Shown here: positions 25,997 through 34,865 of the stretch, one piece after another
How the letters are laid out: every line of letters begins with the position of its first letter
Numbering within the stretch: position 1 is the first letter of the stretch
Source of the DNA: a virus
Length of the DNA: 64,000 bases
Virus record (IMG/VR): IMGVR_UViG_3300036985_003303
Span: 32,001-96,000 of that record
Strand: one strand, 5' to 3'
The notes under the pieces: model-generated
Database searches by the model: none
Seen by the model: only the letters and a program-made list of their open reading frames with translations
What the model was told of the DNA's origin: nothing
Position numbers and translations under genes: made by a program

Positions 25997-26007
25997 TTTG
26001 TATATTA
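25997..26007 (+). promoter_or_regulatory. TTTG-TATATTA motif
   Basis: Same motif as at 1940-1950 and 39805-39815; lies just before ATG 26014. Confidence 0.45.
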
Positions 26008-26013
26008 TTAGCT

Positions 26014-26526
26014 ATGGGAAAGCCAACAAATACTAGAAGTTCTGGATGTGCTGTAACAACAAGTAATTGTGTTGTATGGCAAGGACCAGATTTATGTTGC
26101 ATTAATTTGTGTCATGGTGATACAATTAGCGATGTCATAAATGAATTAGCTAAAAAGATTTGCAAAATCTTTGAAATGTTAGATGTTCAGTCTTATGATT
26201 TATCAGAGTTAATAAGTACAGAATGTCCACCAGCAAACTTTGTTGAGCTTATTCAATTGCTTATTGATACTATTGCAAAAGTAAATACAGGAACATCTGT
26301 AACAACAGGTGGAACTAATGGTTGCCCTGAATGTGAAATGGCTGTTGCTACATGTTTTCAACAACAGTATGGTGCAGTTATGTCAATGACTGAATACATA
26401 ACAGCTATTGGTGCAAAATTGTGTGATCAACAAGTATTAATTCAAACACAGAATAATGCTTTAGCTCAAATGCAACAACAAATTGCTGCATTACAAGCAC
26501 AGGTTAATCTTTTAATAGGCGGATAA
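26014..26526 (+). CDS. Cys-rich coiled-coil structural protein (fibre-like trimer)
   Basis: CVVWQGPDLCC..C.GDTI motif; C-terminal Q-rich heptads. Confidence 0.6.
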   Translation: MGKPTNTRSSGCAVTTSNCVVWQGPDLCCINLCHGDTISDVINELAKKICKIFEMLDVQSYDLSELISTECPPANFVELIQLLIDTIAKVNTGTSVTTGGTNGCPECEMAVATCFQQQYGAVMSMTEYITAIGAKLCDQQVLIQTQNNALAQMQQQIAALQAQVNLLIGG

Positions 26527-26527
26527 A

Positions 26528-27520
26528 ATGAAAAAGAAATGCACTCCGCAGAATAATGCGATAATAATTAAGACTCCTGTATGTTGTCCAGAACCAATTG
26601 TTCCTATAGTTAATGGTTGTGTAGATCCGTTTACATATACCTGGAATATGGCAGTTAATCAAGCACTACTTGATGAAACATTATCTGTACAAGATTGGTT
26701 TGGTTCATTGATAAGTAGCGGACTAATATTGTCAGATGCTTCAAATATTTGTTGTTCAAACTGTAAGGATGCTCCATTTTATTTTTTAGGTGGGGTGGAA
26801 ATATTTAATACACTAGGTAAAGCAGTACCAGAGTCAATATGCTGTATAAATGTTGCAGCATCTGGTTCGATATACCCAAGTTATTTACAAAATTGGGAAG
26901 TACCACCAGCTTGTTGTAGTAATGATTTTGAAAGTTGTTTAAATCAGTTTTCAAATGTTGTAGACATGCTTACATTACTTAATACAGGAGTTGTAGAGGT
27001 TAATGGTTATGATAATACACTTCTTTGTAAAATTTACAATTTGCTTATTAATACACCAGAAGATTTGTTTCAAGGAGAAACACTTTCAGATGTCTTTATA
27101 ACTATTATAGAAAAAGGATTTATTTCTTATTGTTGTGACTGCAATGTGTTTATTGGAACTCCCGGAGCATTTACAAAATGGTTAGAACAGGGCGGATGTG
27201 GTTCAACACCTATTCCTCCACCTCAAAAACCATATAGAGTTTACAGTCAAGTACTAGAAACAGGTGCACCTTATAATTCAATTATATATAAATGTATGGG
27301 AATCCAGTTTGCAGTTTGTTATGGAACAAATCAAACAGATATTGATGCTTTAGTAGCAATGTTTAATTCAAATCCACAAGTTCAACCAAACGCTTGTTTT
27401 TTAACCTACGGGATTTATTATAACAATGGAGATGGAAGAGTTATGTGTATGATGCCTGCTTCTACATATCTTGCAAATTGTTCTGGAGGAATGATGACAC
27501 TTGAAGTTATATATGATTAA
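26528..27520 (+). CDS. Cys-rich structural protein (paralog A)
   Basis: 22 Cys in 330 aa; aligns by eye with 27532..28353. Confidence 0.65.
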   Translation: MKKKCTPQNNAIIIKTPVCCPEPIVPIVNGCVDPFTYTWNMAVNQALLDETLSVQDWFGSLISSGLILSDASNICCSNCKDAPFYFLGGVEIFNTLGKAVPESICCINVAASGSIYPSYLQNWEVPPACCSNDFESCLNQFSNVVDMLTLLNTGVVEVNGYDNTLLCKIYNLLINTPEDLFQGETLSDVFITIIEKGFISYCCDCNVFIGTPGAFTKWLEQGGCGSTPIPPPQKPYRVYSQVLETGAPYNSIIYKCMGIQFAVCYGTNQTDIDALVAMFNSNPQVQPNACFLTYGIYYNNGDGRVMCMMPASTYLANCSGGMMTLEVIYD

Positions 27521-27531
27521 TAAGATAAGCA

Positions 27532-28353
27532 ATGGGCTGTAAAAAATGTAATACAAACAAATGTACATGTGAAGTAACTACATGTATCAATCCTTTGATC
27601 TATATGATGAAAGGAGTATTTTCTTTGGTAGGAACTGAGTCAGATAATCTTCAAGTATTAGAAATTTTAGCAAGCATTTCAAAAAGAGGTGGACCTATTA
27701 AATTTCCAATAAAAACAACAACAACTGCTAGTACAGGTACTGCTGCGGATACAGCAACTAATGCTAAACTTGGATTTACTTTAGATATAACTACAGCGTT
27801 GATTGAAACATTGACTGATGGTATATCTATTTCTAATAACAAAAATCTTTGTTGTCCTGATTGTAAAAATGGAGTTTACTTTTTAGGAGGTGCACAAAAT
27901 TTTATAGATTTACATACAGCACTTAGTCTTTCAACAACAAGAATTTGTTGTTTAGAGCATGCAGCTACTATTGAAACATGGTTAAAAGTTTTAGAAAAAA
28001 CAAATGATCAATATAAGTGTTGTGATACTGATTTTAATGAAGCAGTTCAGCAATGGTTCAATGCATCAAGTTCAACAAGTGTTAATTTTTACTTAGATGA
28101 CATTTTAGCAATTGGTGTTTTAGAATCTTCTTCTTTTAATGGATATAGCGGATTAGGAATTTTGTTTAACTATTTACAGTTAAACCATCCTGAATTAACT
28201 GCTGAAGATTACTTGAATATTTTAGGAGTCATTGTAAATTTGGGAATTGTTATTCAGTGTAATGGTTGCGAAATGATAATGGCTTCAGTAGAAACATATT
28301 TAAAATGGGCTGAAGCTACTGGTGGCGGAGGCGGTGGTGCTATGCCCGCATAA
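27532..28353 (+). CDS. Cys-rich structural protein (paralog B)
   Basis: C.N/DP..Y, CC..C...YFLGG, CC, CC..DF, G..E, ..KW.E motifs shared with the upstream gene. Confidence 0.65.
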   Translation: MGCKKCNTNKCTCEVTTCINPLIYMMKGVFSLVGTESDNLQVLEILASISKRGGPIKFPIKTTTTASTGTAADTATNAKLGFTLDITTALIETLTDGISISNNKNLCCPDCKNGVYFLGGAQNFIDLHTALSLSTTRICCLEHAATIETWLKVLEKTNDQYKCCDTDFNEAVQQWFNASSSTSVNFYLDDILAIGVLESSSFNGYSGLGILFNYLQLNHPELTAEDYLNILGVIVNLGIVIQCNGCEMIMASVETYLKWAEATGGGGGGAMPA

Positions 28354-28378
28354 TTATAAAATTTAAAAACTATTTGAA

Positions 28379-29230
28379 ATGGGATGTTCATCTTGTCAAC
28401 AAAATAATCATGTAGTACCAACTACACATGTACATAACTCAACTACTCAAACGCATTGTGAATGTGCTTGTGGTTGTGATGAACCGGTGTGTCCAACACC
28501 ACAACCTTGTACTGAGATTACAGACAGCAAGTGTATAATTTATACAGATGCTGCAATTAAGTGCGGTAATGATACAGTAGTTGCACAAGACACATTTGTT
28601 TCTACAGCTTTAAATCAAATTGTTACTTACTTTTGTAATCAAACTGGTTTAGTGACTACAGCGGATATTAATTGCGGGGATGTTACAATTGTTCCAGCGG
28701 GAACGAGTATTCAGGATGCACTTGATTTGGTTGTACAATTTATTTGTGAGATTCAGTTAACTCCTGGACCAGAAGGCCCCCAAGGAATTGAAGGTCCTGC
28801 AGGTCCACAAGGACCTCAAGGTGAAATTGGTCCACAAGGTCCTCAAGGAGATGTAGGTCCAGAAGGCCCTCAAGGTCCGCAAGGAGATCCAGGAACTAAT
28901 GGAACTAATGCATATAAGTTTGTTTATGAGGAACTTTCAAATTTTGGTGGTGATTCTATTGATATTACTAGACCGCAATTAGAAATTTGTGGTTTGGTTC
29001 CAACTTCATGTTTTGGAAATGACAGTTTAGTTGATGAAGTTTGCGATTTACATGTCAATGTTTATTATTTAGATTCAGGAACTTGGTATAAAATACCAAA
29101 CTTACCATTTTTAAGTACTGACCAAGGTTATGGTTTAAAAATAGACAATTTATCAGGAACAATAAGCGTTGAATTAAATGTAGCAGCTGTTGATACACCA
29201 GTAAGAGTAAGAGTTGTTATATTAGCATAA
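28379..29230 (+). CDS. Collagen-like fibre protein with a Cys-rich N-terminus
   Basis: G-X-Y run at about 28786-28905; CECACGC leader. Confidence 0.8.
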   Translation: MGCSSCQQNNHVVPTTHVHNSTTQTHCECACGCDEPVCPTPQPCTEITDSKCIIYTDAAIKCGNDTVVAQDTFVSTALNQIVTYFCNQTGLVTTADINCGDVTIVPAGTSIQDALDLVVQFICEIQLTPGPEGPQGIEGPAGPQGPQGEIGPQGPQGDVGPEGPQGPQGDPGTNGTNAYKFVYEELSNFGGDSIDITRPQLEICGLVPTSCFGNDSLVDEVCDLHVNVYYLDSGTWYKIPNLPFLSTDQGYGLKIDNLSGTISVELNVAAVDTPVRVRVVILA

Positions 29231-29240
29231 AATTTTAGAC

Positions 29241-29732
29241 ATGTGTGAAAACTGTGGAAATAATAGTTGTTCTGGAAATTGCAATGTAATTCCTAAAGGT
29301 CTTCGTGGCCCAAGAGGACATCAAGGCGATAAAGGAGATAAAGGTGATCAAGGACCAATTGGTTTAACTGGCGCGCAAGGTCCATCCGGTGCGCAAGGTT
29401 TGACTGGTTTAACTGGTCCTATTGGTTTAACAGGTCCACAAGGTCCTATTGGTCCTTCAGGATTAGTTGGTTCAGCAGGTTTACCTGGAGCAAATGGTAT
29501 TAATGGAACAAATGGTAATGACGGTGCACCTGGAGCAACTGGAGGACAAGGTTTAATTGGAGATACAGGATTTTCTGGTCGTGGAGTTGCTGTGTTTGTT
29601 CAAACAAGTCAACCAGTAGCTGCTGACTTTACTACACAATATGGAGGCATTGATGGATTTGGTGTAAACTTTATTCCTGGAAATGATGCAATAAGACCTG
29701 GTGATATTTGGATTCAATCATGCACACCATAA
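29241..29732 (+). CDS. Collagen-like fibre protein with a Cys-rich N-terminus
   Basis: MCENCGNNSCSGNC leader; long G-X-Y run at about 29298-29585; C-terminal GDIWI motif. Confidence 0.8.
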   Translation: MCENCGNNSCSGNCNVIPKGLRGPRGHQGDKGDKGDQGPIGLTGAQGPSGAQGLTGLTGPIGLTGPQGPIGPSGLVGSAGLPGANGINGTNGNDGAPGATGGQGLIGDTGFSGRGVAVFVQTSQPVAADFTTQYGGIDGFGVNFIPGNDAIRPGDIWIQSCTP

Positions 29733-29735
29733 TTT

Positions 29736-31511
29736 ATGAGCAATTTTAAAATATTTGATGGTACAAATTGGATAGATCCATGTGATTGCAATATTAGCAT
29801 AGTGGATATTGATGGGGTAACTTATCAGTTACTTAATCCAAATAACTGTATTGTAAGTTATTTTGATGGAACTAACTGGTGTCCTATAACATGTCCATGT
29901 CAATGTCCGGAAGGATACATATTTAATCCTGCAACAAATGCATGTGAACAAACAACAATTGAACCAGCTACGCCAAGTGGAGGAGCAACCGTTCCAATTG
30001 TTGCAGGTGGTGCAAGTCCTGCTTATGGTAGTGCATCAACTAGATTATATGAAGATATTTCTACTAAAATATTTCCTTTAAATGGTTGGTCAGATTCAAG
30101 TCTTTGTCCATTTGGTACACCGAATTGTACAGCTGGTTATCAAGTTTATGAATCAGCAGGTATTGGAACTATTTTAAATATTGATGGTTTATCTGTATTA
30201 GGAAATAATGTATTTACTAACTCCCCTCCTAGTGTTACAGGTGGTAGATTAAATAATGTAGGTATATGGGCTACGGGTTATCCACTTAATCAATGGTTGC
30301 CTGTTGAGTTTTGTATAAATTTACCAGCAAGTAAAACTTACATATTTGCAATTGCCGGAGATAATCAAATTAGAGCAAGTATTACGTCTACAACTTTTAT
30401 GGGAGGTGTAACTAACTTTAATCTTGTAAACTTATGGGCTTCATATAACCCAAGCGGTACACCTACAGATGTAGCTGTATCAAGAACTTTTAGTATATGG
30501 CACATGTTTCCAATTACTTTACCAGTAGGAAGTCACATTTTACAATTACAAGGAATGGACTTTGGTCCAGTTGCAGCATTTGGTGCAGAAATTTATGATA
30601 TACCTGTTGGAAATCCCGGAGATGTTTGGCCAGCAGATCAAACTATGCAGGCATTTTTAGCTAGCACAACAGTTACTTTAGCAGATCTTGCACCATTTCT
30701 TGCATTTACAACAGAACAATTAATTCAAACTCCTCCTTTATTAGTTGCTGATTTTGGTGAAACAATTACTTGGACTTGTCCGGATGGTAGTCCTGTAGAT
30801 TTTTGTAATGGTGCACCACAATGTATTGTTACAGATTCAATTCCATGTGGTCAAGGAAATGCATTAACAAGTGAAACAGAAATAAATATTTGGTTTGATA
30901 ATTCAGGTTCAATGAATACAACATTGTCACCATTGCAATTAATGCAATCAACCATACTTCAAGCATGCTTGTTGCCTATTTATAATAATGATCCGGTGCT
31001 TTATAATGAAAGAGTCAAAGTACTTAATATGTTTTCCGGAAATGGATGGAATTTTAATGAAAGATTTATTAGATGTTTAGCTGAAGAAAGAAATTTTCAA
31101 AGAGCAGTAGATATAACTGTTAATCAAGTTATTAATTTAACTTTTGCAGATGAATCTAATGAATATGGATATGGAGGTTCTGCACCATTTAATAGTGGAT
31201 CAAGAACAGCTGGATATGATACAGACATTGCTTATTTAAGAAATGTAATGTCAACGGTTGGATACACAATAAAAGGAACTGCATTTAGAGTAGATACTGG
31301 ACCAGGTACTTATTCAGGATTTAGAGGATTAACCCAAGCAACATTTATTAATAATGGTGCATACACTGTTCCCAATAATGTATCAGACTATTATACTATA
31401 AACTTTAATTGTAACTTAGACACATTGGCTGCAGCTTCTGCAACTTACTATAGAGATCAGATAGTTGCTGCTCTTACAGCTTTAGGAATAAGTATCCCAG
31501 TGTGTCCATAA
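29736..31511 (+). CDS. Adhesin-like protein: PA14/lectin-like region plus vWA-like domain
   Basis: [14 protein letters not shown]...[15 protein letters not shown] (PA14-like); [14 protein letters not shown]-like DxSxS at 30897-30914. Confidence 0.55.
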   Translation: MSNFKIFDGTNWIDPCDCNISIVDIDGVTYQLLNPNNCIVSYFDGTNWCPITCPCQCPEGYIFNPATNACEQTTIEPATPSGGATVPIVAGGASPAYGSASTRLYEDISTKIFPLNGWSDSSLCPFGTPNCTAGYQVYESAGIGTILNIDGLSVLGNNVFTNSPPSVTGGRLNNVGIWATGYPLNQWLPVEFCINLPASKTYIFAIAGDNQIRASITSTTFMGGVTNFNLVNLWASYNPSGTPTDVAVSRTFSIWHMFPITLPVGSHILQLQGMDFGPVAAFGAEIYDIPVGNPGDVWPADQTMQAFLASTTVTLADLAPFLAFTTEQLIQTPPLLVADFGETITWTCPDGSPVDFCNGAPQCIVTDSIPCGQGNALTSETEINIWFDNSGSMNTTLSPLQLMQSTILQACLLPIYNNDPVLYNERVKVLNMFSGNGWNFNERFIRCLAEERNFQRAVDITVNQVINLTFADESNEYGYGGSAPFNSGSRTAGYDTDIAYLRNVMSTVGYTIKGTAFRVDTGPGTYSGFRGLTQATFINNGAYTVPNNVSDYYTINFNCNLDTLAAASATYYRDQIVAALTALGISIPVCP

Positions 31512-31523
31512 ATAATATATGAT

Positions 31524-32612
31524 ATGTGTACTTGTAAAGGAAATTGTGATTGCAAAAGCAATGAAATAAAATTAAAAGGTCCAAGAGGATTTGTTGGACC
31601 GGCAGGACCACAAGGTCCCGTAGGACCACAAGGTCTACAAGGTCTACAAGGCGCACCTGGACCACAAGGAAGTCAAGGTCCGCAAGGTTTAAGTGGCGCA
31701 ACTGGATCTGCAGGTGCAGCAGGTGCAACTGGAGCACAAGGTATTCCTGGAATACCTACAACTGTAGATGATACAACAACTGTAGATCTTAGTTATACTT
31801 CAGGTACATTAACTGCAAAAGTACAAGATACAGGGTGGGTAGACTTACTTGGCTTTAGTCATTATTCTACAGATCCTACTATGACTGTTAAAAGACCGCA
31901 AGTAAGACGCATTGGAAATGTTGTGCATTTTAGAGGCAGCGTTGTCGTTCCATTAGAAGATCCTACTAAATTGGGTTCTGTTATTACATGGATATATAAA
32001 TCAGGTACAAACACTTATGAAGGAGTTTTATCTTCAGCATTACCTGCACATGGTAAAAAACCATATACGGGAACAGGCGGAGTTAATATAATCACATCTG
32101 GAGGTTTAACTTTTAATAATGGACTTAGTGCAATTCCTGCTGCAGTTTTACCTAGCGGATATAGTTTAGATAATAGTTATAGTATTGGATGGAGATTAAA
32201 CTGGAGAGCTATGGAAACAGGTAGTTGTGGTACAGTATTAACTTCTTTTGCAAATGTTGGTATTTCGCCTTCAGGTGTTTTATCATGGGGATGTCTTGCA
32301 GATTTAGAAGAAAGTTTTGTTACAGGTTGTCGACCTGGAGCATGGAGTACATCTGCATTAAATTATACAGTTTCTAATGTAACACAAGGACATCAAGTTA
32401 CAGATTTTAAATCTGCAATAAATGTACATGACAGCGTTTCATCAAGTAATCAAGATGCACGACCTTTTTTTAAATCAACAGAAGAATATCCAATTACCAT
32501 TAATGCAAATGATCCAAATGAGATTGGAGGATTTTGGATTGTTATAGATGGATTAACCGCATTTATAGGACCATGCGTTGCAACAATACCGACACCTACG
32601 CCAGTGTGTTAG
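31524..32612 (+). CDS. Collagen-like tail fibre / receptor-binding protein
   Basis: [10 protein letters not shown] leader; G-X-Y run at about 31578-31750; DTGWVDL...[11 protein letters not shown] fibre-tip motif. Confidence 0.75.
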   Translation: MCTCKGNCDCKSNEIKLKGPRGFVGPAGPQGPVGPQGLQGLQGAPGPQGSQGPQGLSGATGSAGAAGATGAQGIPGIPTTVDDTTTVDLSYTSGTLTAKVQDTGWVDLLGFSHYSTDPTMTVKRPQVRRIGNVVHFRGSVVVPLEDPTKLGSVITWIYKSGTNTYEGVLSSALPAHGKKPYTGTGGVNIITSGGLTFNNGLSAIPAAVLPSGYSLDNSYSIGWRLNWRAMETGSCGTVLTSFANVGISPSGVLSWGCLADLEESFVTGCRPGAWSTSALNYTVSNVTQGHQVTDFKSAINVHDSVSSSNQDARPFFKSTEEYPITINANDPNEIGGFWIVIDGLTAFIGPCVATIPTPTPVC

Positions 32613-32655
32613 AAAAAATGTCACAGAAGGTTGGTTTATGTGGCTGACTAGGATG

Positions 32656-32683
32656 AACCCCGGAGCAATCTGGGGTTTGTTTT
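32656..32683 (+). terminator. Rho-independent terminator
   Basis: AACCCCGGA-GCAA-TCTGGGGTT plus TGTTTT; GNRA loop. Confidence 0.75.
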
Positions 32684-32724
32684 ATTATTTAATTTGTATT
32701 TTTGAGGATAAATTAGTATATTAT

Positions 32725-33216
32725 ATGGAGGTTGACTTAAATAAACCAAGAGTAACTGAGAAAAAAGGCAAAGTTATTAACTATAAAGAAGTTAAAGACT
32801 TTAATAAGTTGCACCCAAAGTACAATTTAGATAAGTCTGCAATCATAAAGATCATGAGAGCATTTAATTCAAACATGGCGGAAGAAACAATGATTAATAT
32901 TTATGGAGTAATACTTCCTGAAAATATTGGTGCTGTGTTTATTAATAATGCTGGAAAAGCAAAAGGTAAGTCTATTGACTATGCTAATTCAAAACTAGCA
33001 GGAAAAACCGTTTATCATAAAAATTGGGATACAGATAACAACATGATGCGAATTGTGTATATTAACCACACCAAAAGAACTATGGTGAAGAATGCTAACA
33101 TGTTTTCATTTAATCCTCTTCAGCAGTTTAGAAGAAAAGCTAGTGCATATTTTAGAATGCATTGGGCCAGATGTGTTTCTGTAAACTATAATTCTACTGT
33201 TGATATTAACATATAG
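32725..33216 (+). CDS. Second HU/IHF-like protein (ATG 32725 preferred to 32578)
   Basis: IIKIMRAFNSNMAEE....YGVILPENIGAVFI fits an HU-like fold; the track's longer start crosses the terminator; TATATTA at 32717-32723 precedes the ATG. Confidence 0.5.
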   Translation: MEVDLNKPRVTEKKGKVINYKEVKDFNKLHPKYNLDKSAIIKIMRAFNSNMAEETMINIYGVILPENIGAVFINNAGKAKGKSIDYANSKLAGKTVYHKNWDTDNNMMRIVYINHTKRTMVKNANMFSFNPLQQFRRKASAYFRMHWARCVSVNYNSTVDINI

Positions 33217-33218
33217 CC

Positions 33219-33890
33219 ATGACAACAATAAGAGAATCCATATCAAGAATTAGAAATGTCTTCAAGTTAGTAAATGAAGATGCATTTTTAACTGACCGTT
33301 TTATTTACAGTCTGCTTATAAAGTATTCAAAAGCTTTGATAAGAAGACAAGATGTAGAAAACAAATTGATGCAATATGACAGTTTATTTGAAACACTGCC
33401 GTATGTTGAGTTGATTGAAGTAGATCGCATTGAAGCAGATTGCGCTAGAATAAAAACTGGTTGCAAAATCATGCGAACTAAAAAGAAACTTCCAAAACTA
33501 ATGTCTGGAAGCAACGGTCCTATCTTTAGAACAATTGCGCCAATTGATGGCAGTGATGTATTTCAACAATGTTTAACTGCTGTATATGTTGCAATGACAC
33601 AATCAACAAACTTTAAATACAACAAGACTCACTACTATTGGTACAAGAATGGCTACTTATATTTTCCAGATATTGTTTGGGATGCTGTATCTGTAGAAGG
33701 AATGTTTGAAGAACCAGTTGATGCTTTTTGTAATGAAAATGATTCTGATTGTACACAGGCTCAAGATAGAAATGTAACAATTCCAGATTACATGTTTGCT
33801 GAAATTGAGCAAATGACACAGCAAGAGTTAATGACACTTGCTAAACTTCCACCAGATACTGGAGATAATTCACAAAATATACTGAGATAA
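33219..33890 (+). CDS. Tail ring / tubular protein
   Basis: DAFLTDRFIYSL, YYWYKNGYLYFP, C..AQD..V.IPDYM motifs typical of crAss-like ring proteins. Confidence 0.65.
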   Translation: MTTIRESISRIRNVFKLVNEDAFLTDRFIYSLLIKYSKALIRRQDVENKLMQYDSLFETLPYVELIEVDRIEADCARIKTGCKIMRTKKKLPKLMSGSNGPIFRTIAPIDGSDVFQQCLTAVYVAMTQSTNFKYNKTHYYWYKNGYLYFPDIVWDAVSVEGMFEEPVDAFCNENDSDCTQAQDRNVTIPDYMFAEIEQMTQQELMTLAKLPPDTGDNSQNILR

Positions 33891-33891
33891 G

Positions 33892-34863
33892 ATGCCAAAT
33901 ACATTTTTAAACTATAGAACTTATGATCAGTTATTGGCTGAGATCCAATCTGATTTTAAAAAATACTATCTGGAAGATTTTATTAATCCTCAAGAGTTTA
34001 TCAAAGTTGCAAAAAGATGTAACTATGAACTAGGCTTGAAGATTTTTAAAACAAAAGAGGTGGTGCTTGATATTGAAAAAGGAAGAGCAAAACTTCCTAA
34101 CAACTTTCAAGTGTTAAATTTTGCATTTATGCTAATGGATCATTTTATTATTGAGCCATTAATTTCAGGAACGCATGTTGAAAATGTAAATTTAGGGCCA
34201 GTTTATAATCCAGGAAACTGGAATGATGTGAACTTGTGTTCTCCTGCACTTGCTCCTACAGAACCAGGTTGTGAGCCATGTGCTGTTCCACATCCACATA
34301 GTTGCAATGACTGCGGTTCTAAATATGAAAGCTGTTCGTGTAAACCTATTGGGGATGTCAAGTTAAATTGCAAAGGAGAGTTTGTAGCATTAACCCAACA
34401 CTTTAAGTTTCATACTAGAAGATGGACAACAATGCGTTCTATAAGAATGATAAATAGTCCTGATGTTGTAGATCCCGATTGTCCAAACAAAACATGGCAA
34501 GCCCGTGATACGGCTTATATCAAAGATGGATTTATTTACACTTCTTTTAAAACAGGAAAGCTGTATGTAAATTACCAAGGAATGATGGAAGATGATGATG
34601 GTAACTTACTAGTCCCTGATCATGATATGCTAAATGAGTTTTATGAGTATGCAATTAAACAACGCGTACTTGAGAATATGATTATGAATGGTGAAGCTGT
34701 AAATGGAAGCCAAATTCAAATCATAGAGTCAAGATTAAAAGCTGCAAGAAACAATGCATATAGTTTGGTAAATACACCTAACTTTAGTGAACTAAGACGC
34801 ATCTGGGAAGTAAACAGAAAAGCACAGTATCACAATTTTTATACAATGTTTAGATCCTACTAG
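33892..34863 (+). CDS. Tail ring / tubular protein with a Cys/His insertion
   Basis: LPNNF..LNFA, YIKDGFIYTSFKTG.LY.NY.G, LLVPDH motifs. Confidence 0.65.
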   Translation: MPNTFLNYRTYDQLLAEIQSDFKKYYLEDFINPQEFIKVAKRCNYELGLKIFKTKEVVLDIEKGRAKLPNNFQVLNFAFMLMDHFIIEPLISGTHVENVNLGPVYNPGNWNDVNLCSPALAPTEPGCEPCAVPHPHSCNDCGSKYESCSCKPIGDVKLNCKGEFVALTQHFKFHTRRWTTMRSIRMINSPDVVDPDCPNKTWQARDTAYIKDGFIYTSFKTGKLYVNYQGMMEDDDGNLLVPDHDMLNEFYEYAIKQRVLENMIMNGEAVNGSQIQIIESRLKAARNNAYSLVNTPNFSELRRIWEVNRKAQYHNFYTMFRSY

Positions 34864-34865
34864 TT

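Noticed and set aside
28786-31750. Periodic GGx-CCx-CAA repeats as a possible CRISPR array or VNTR
   Set aside because: They are 9-nt-period degenerate codons for collagen G-X-Y inside ORFs, with no constant repeat and unique spacer structure.
32578-32724. Longer start for the HU-like gene
   Set aside because: It overlaps the upstream gene end and crosses a GNRA-loop terminator; ATG 32725 follows the TATATTA motif.
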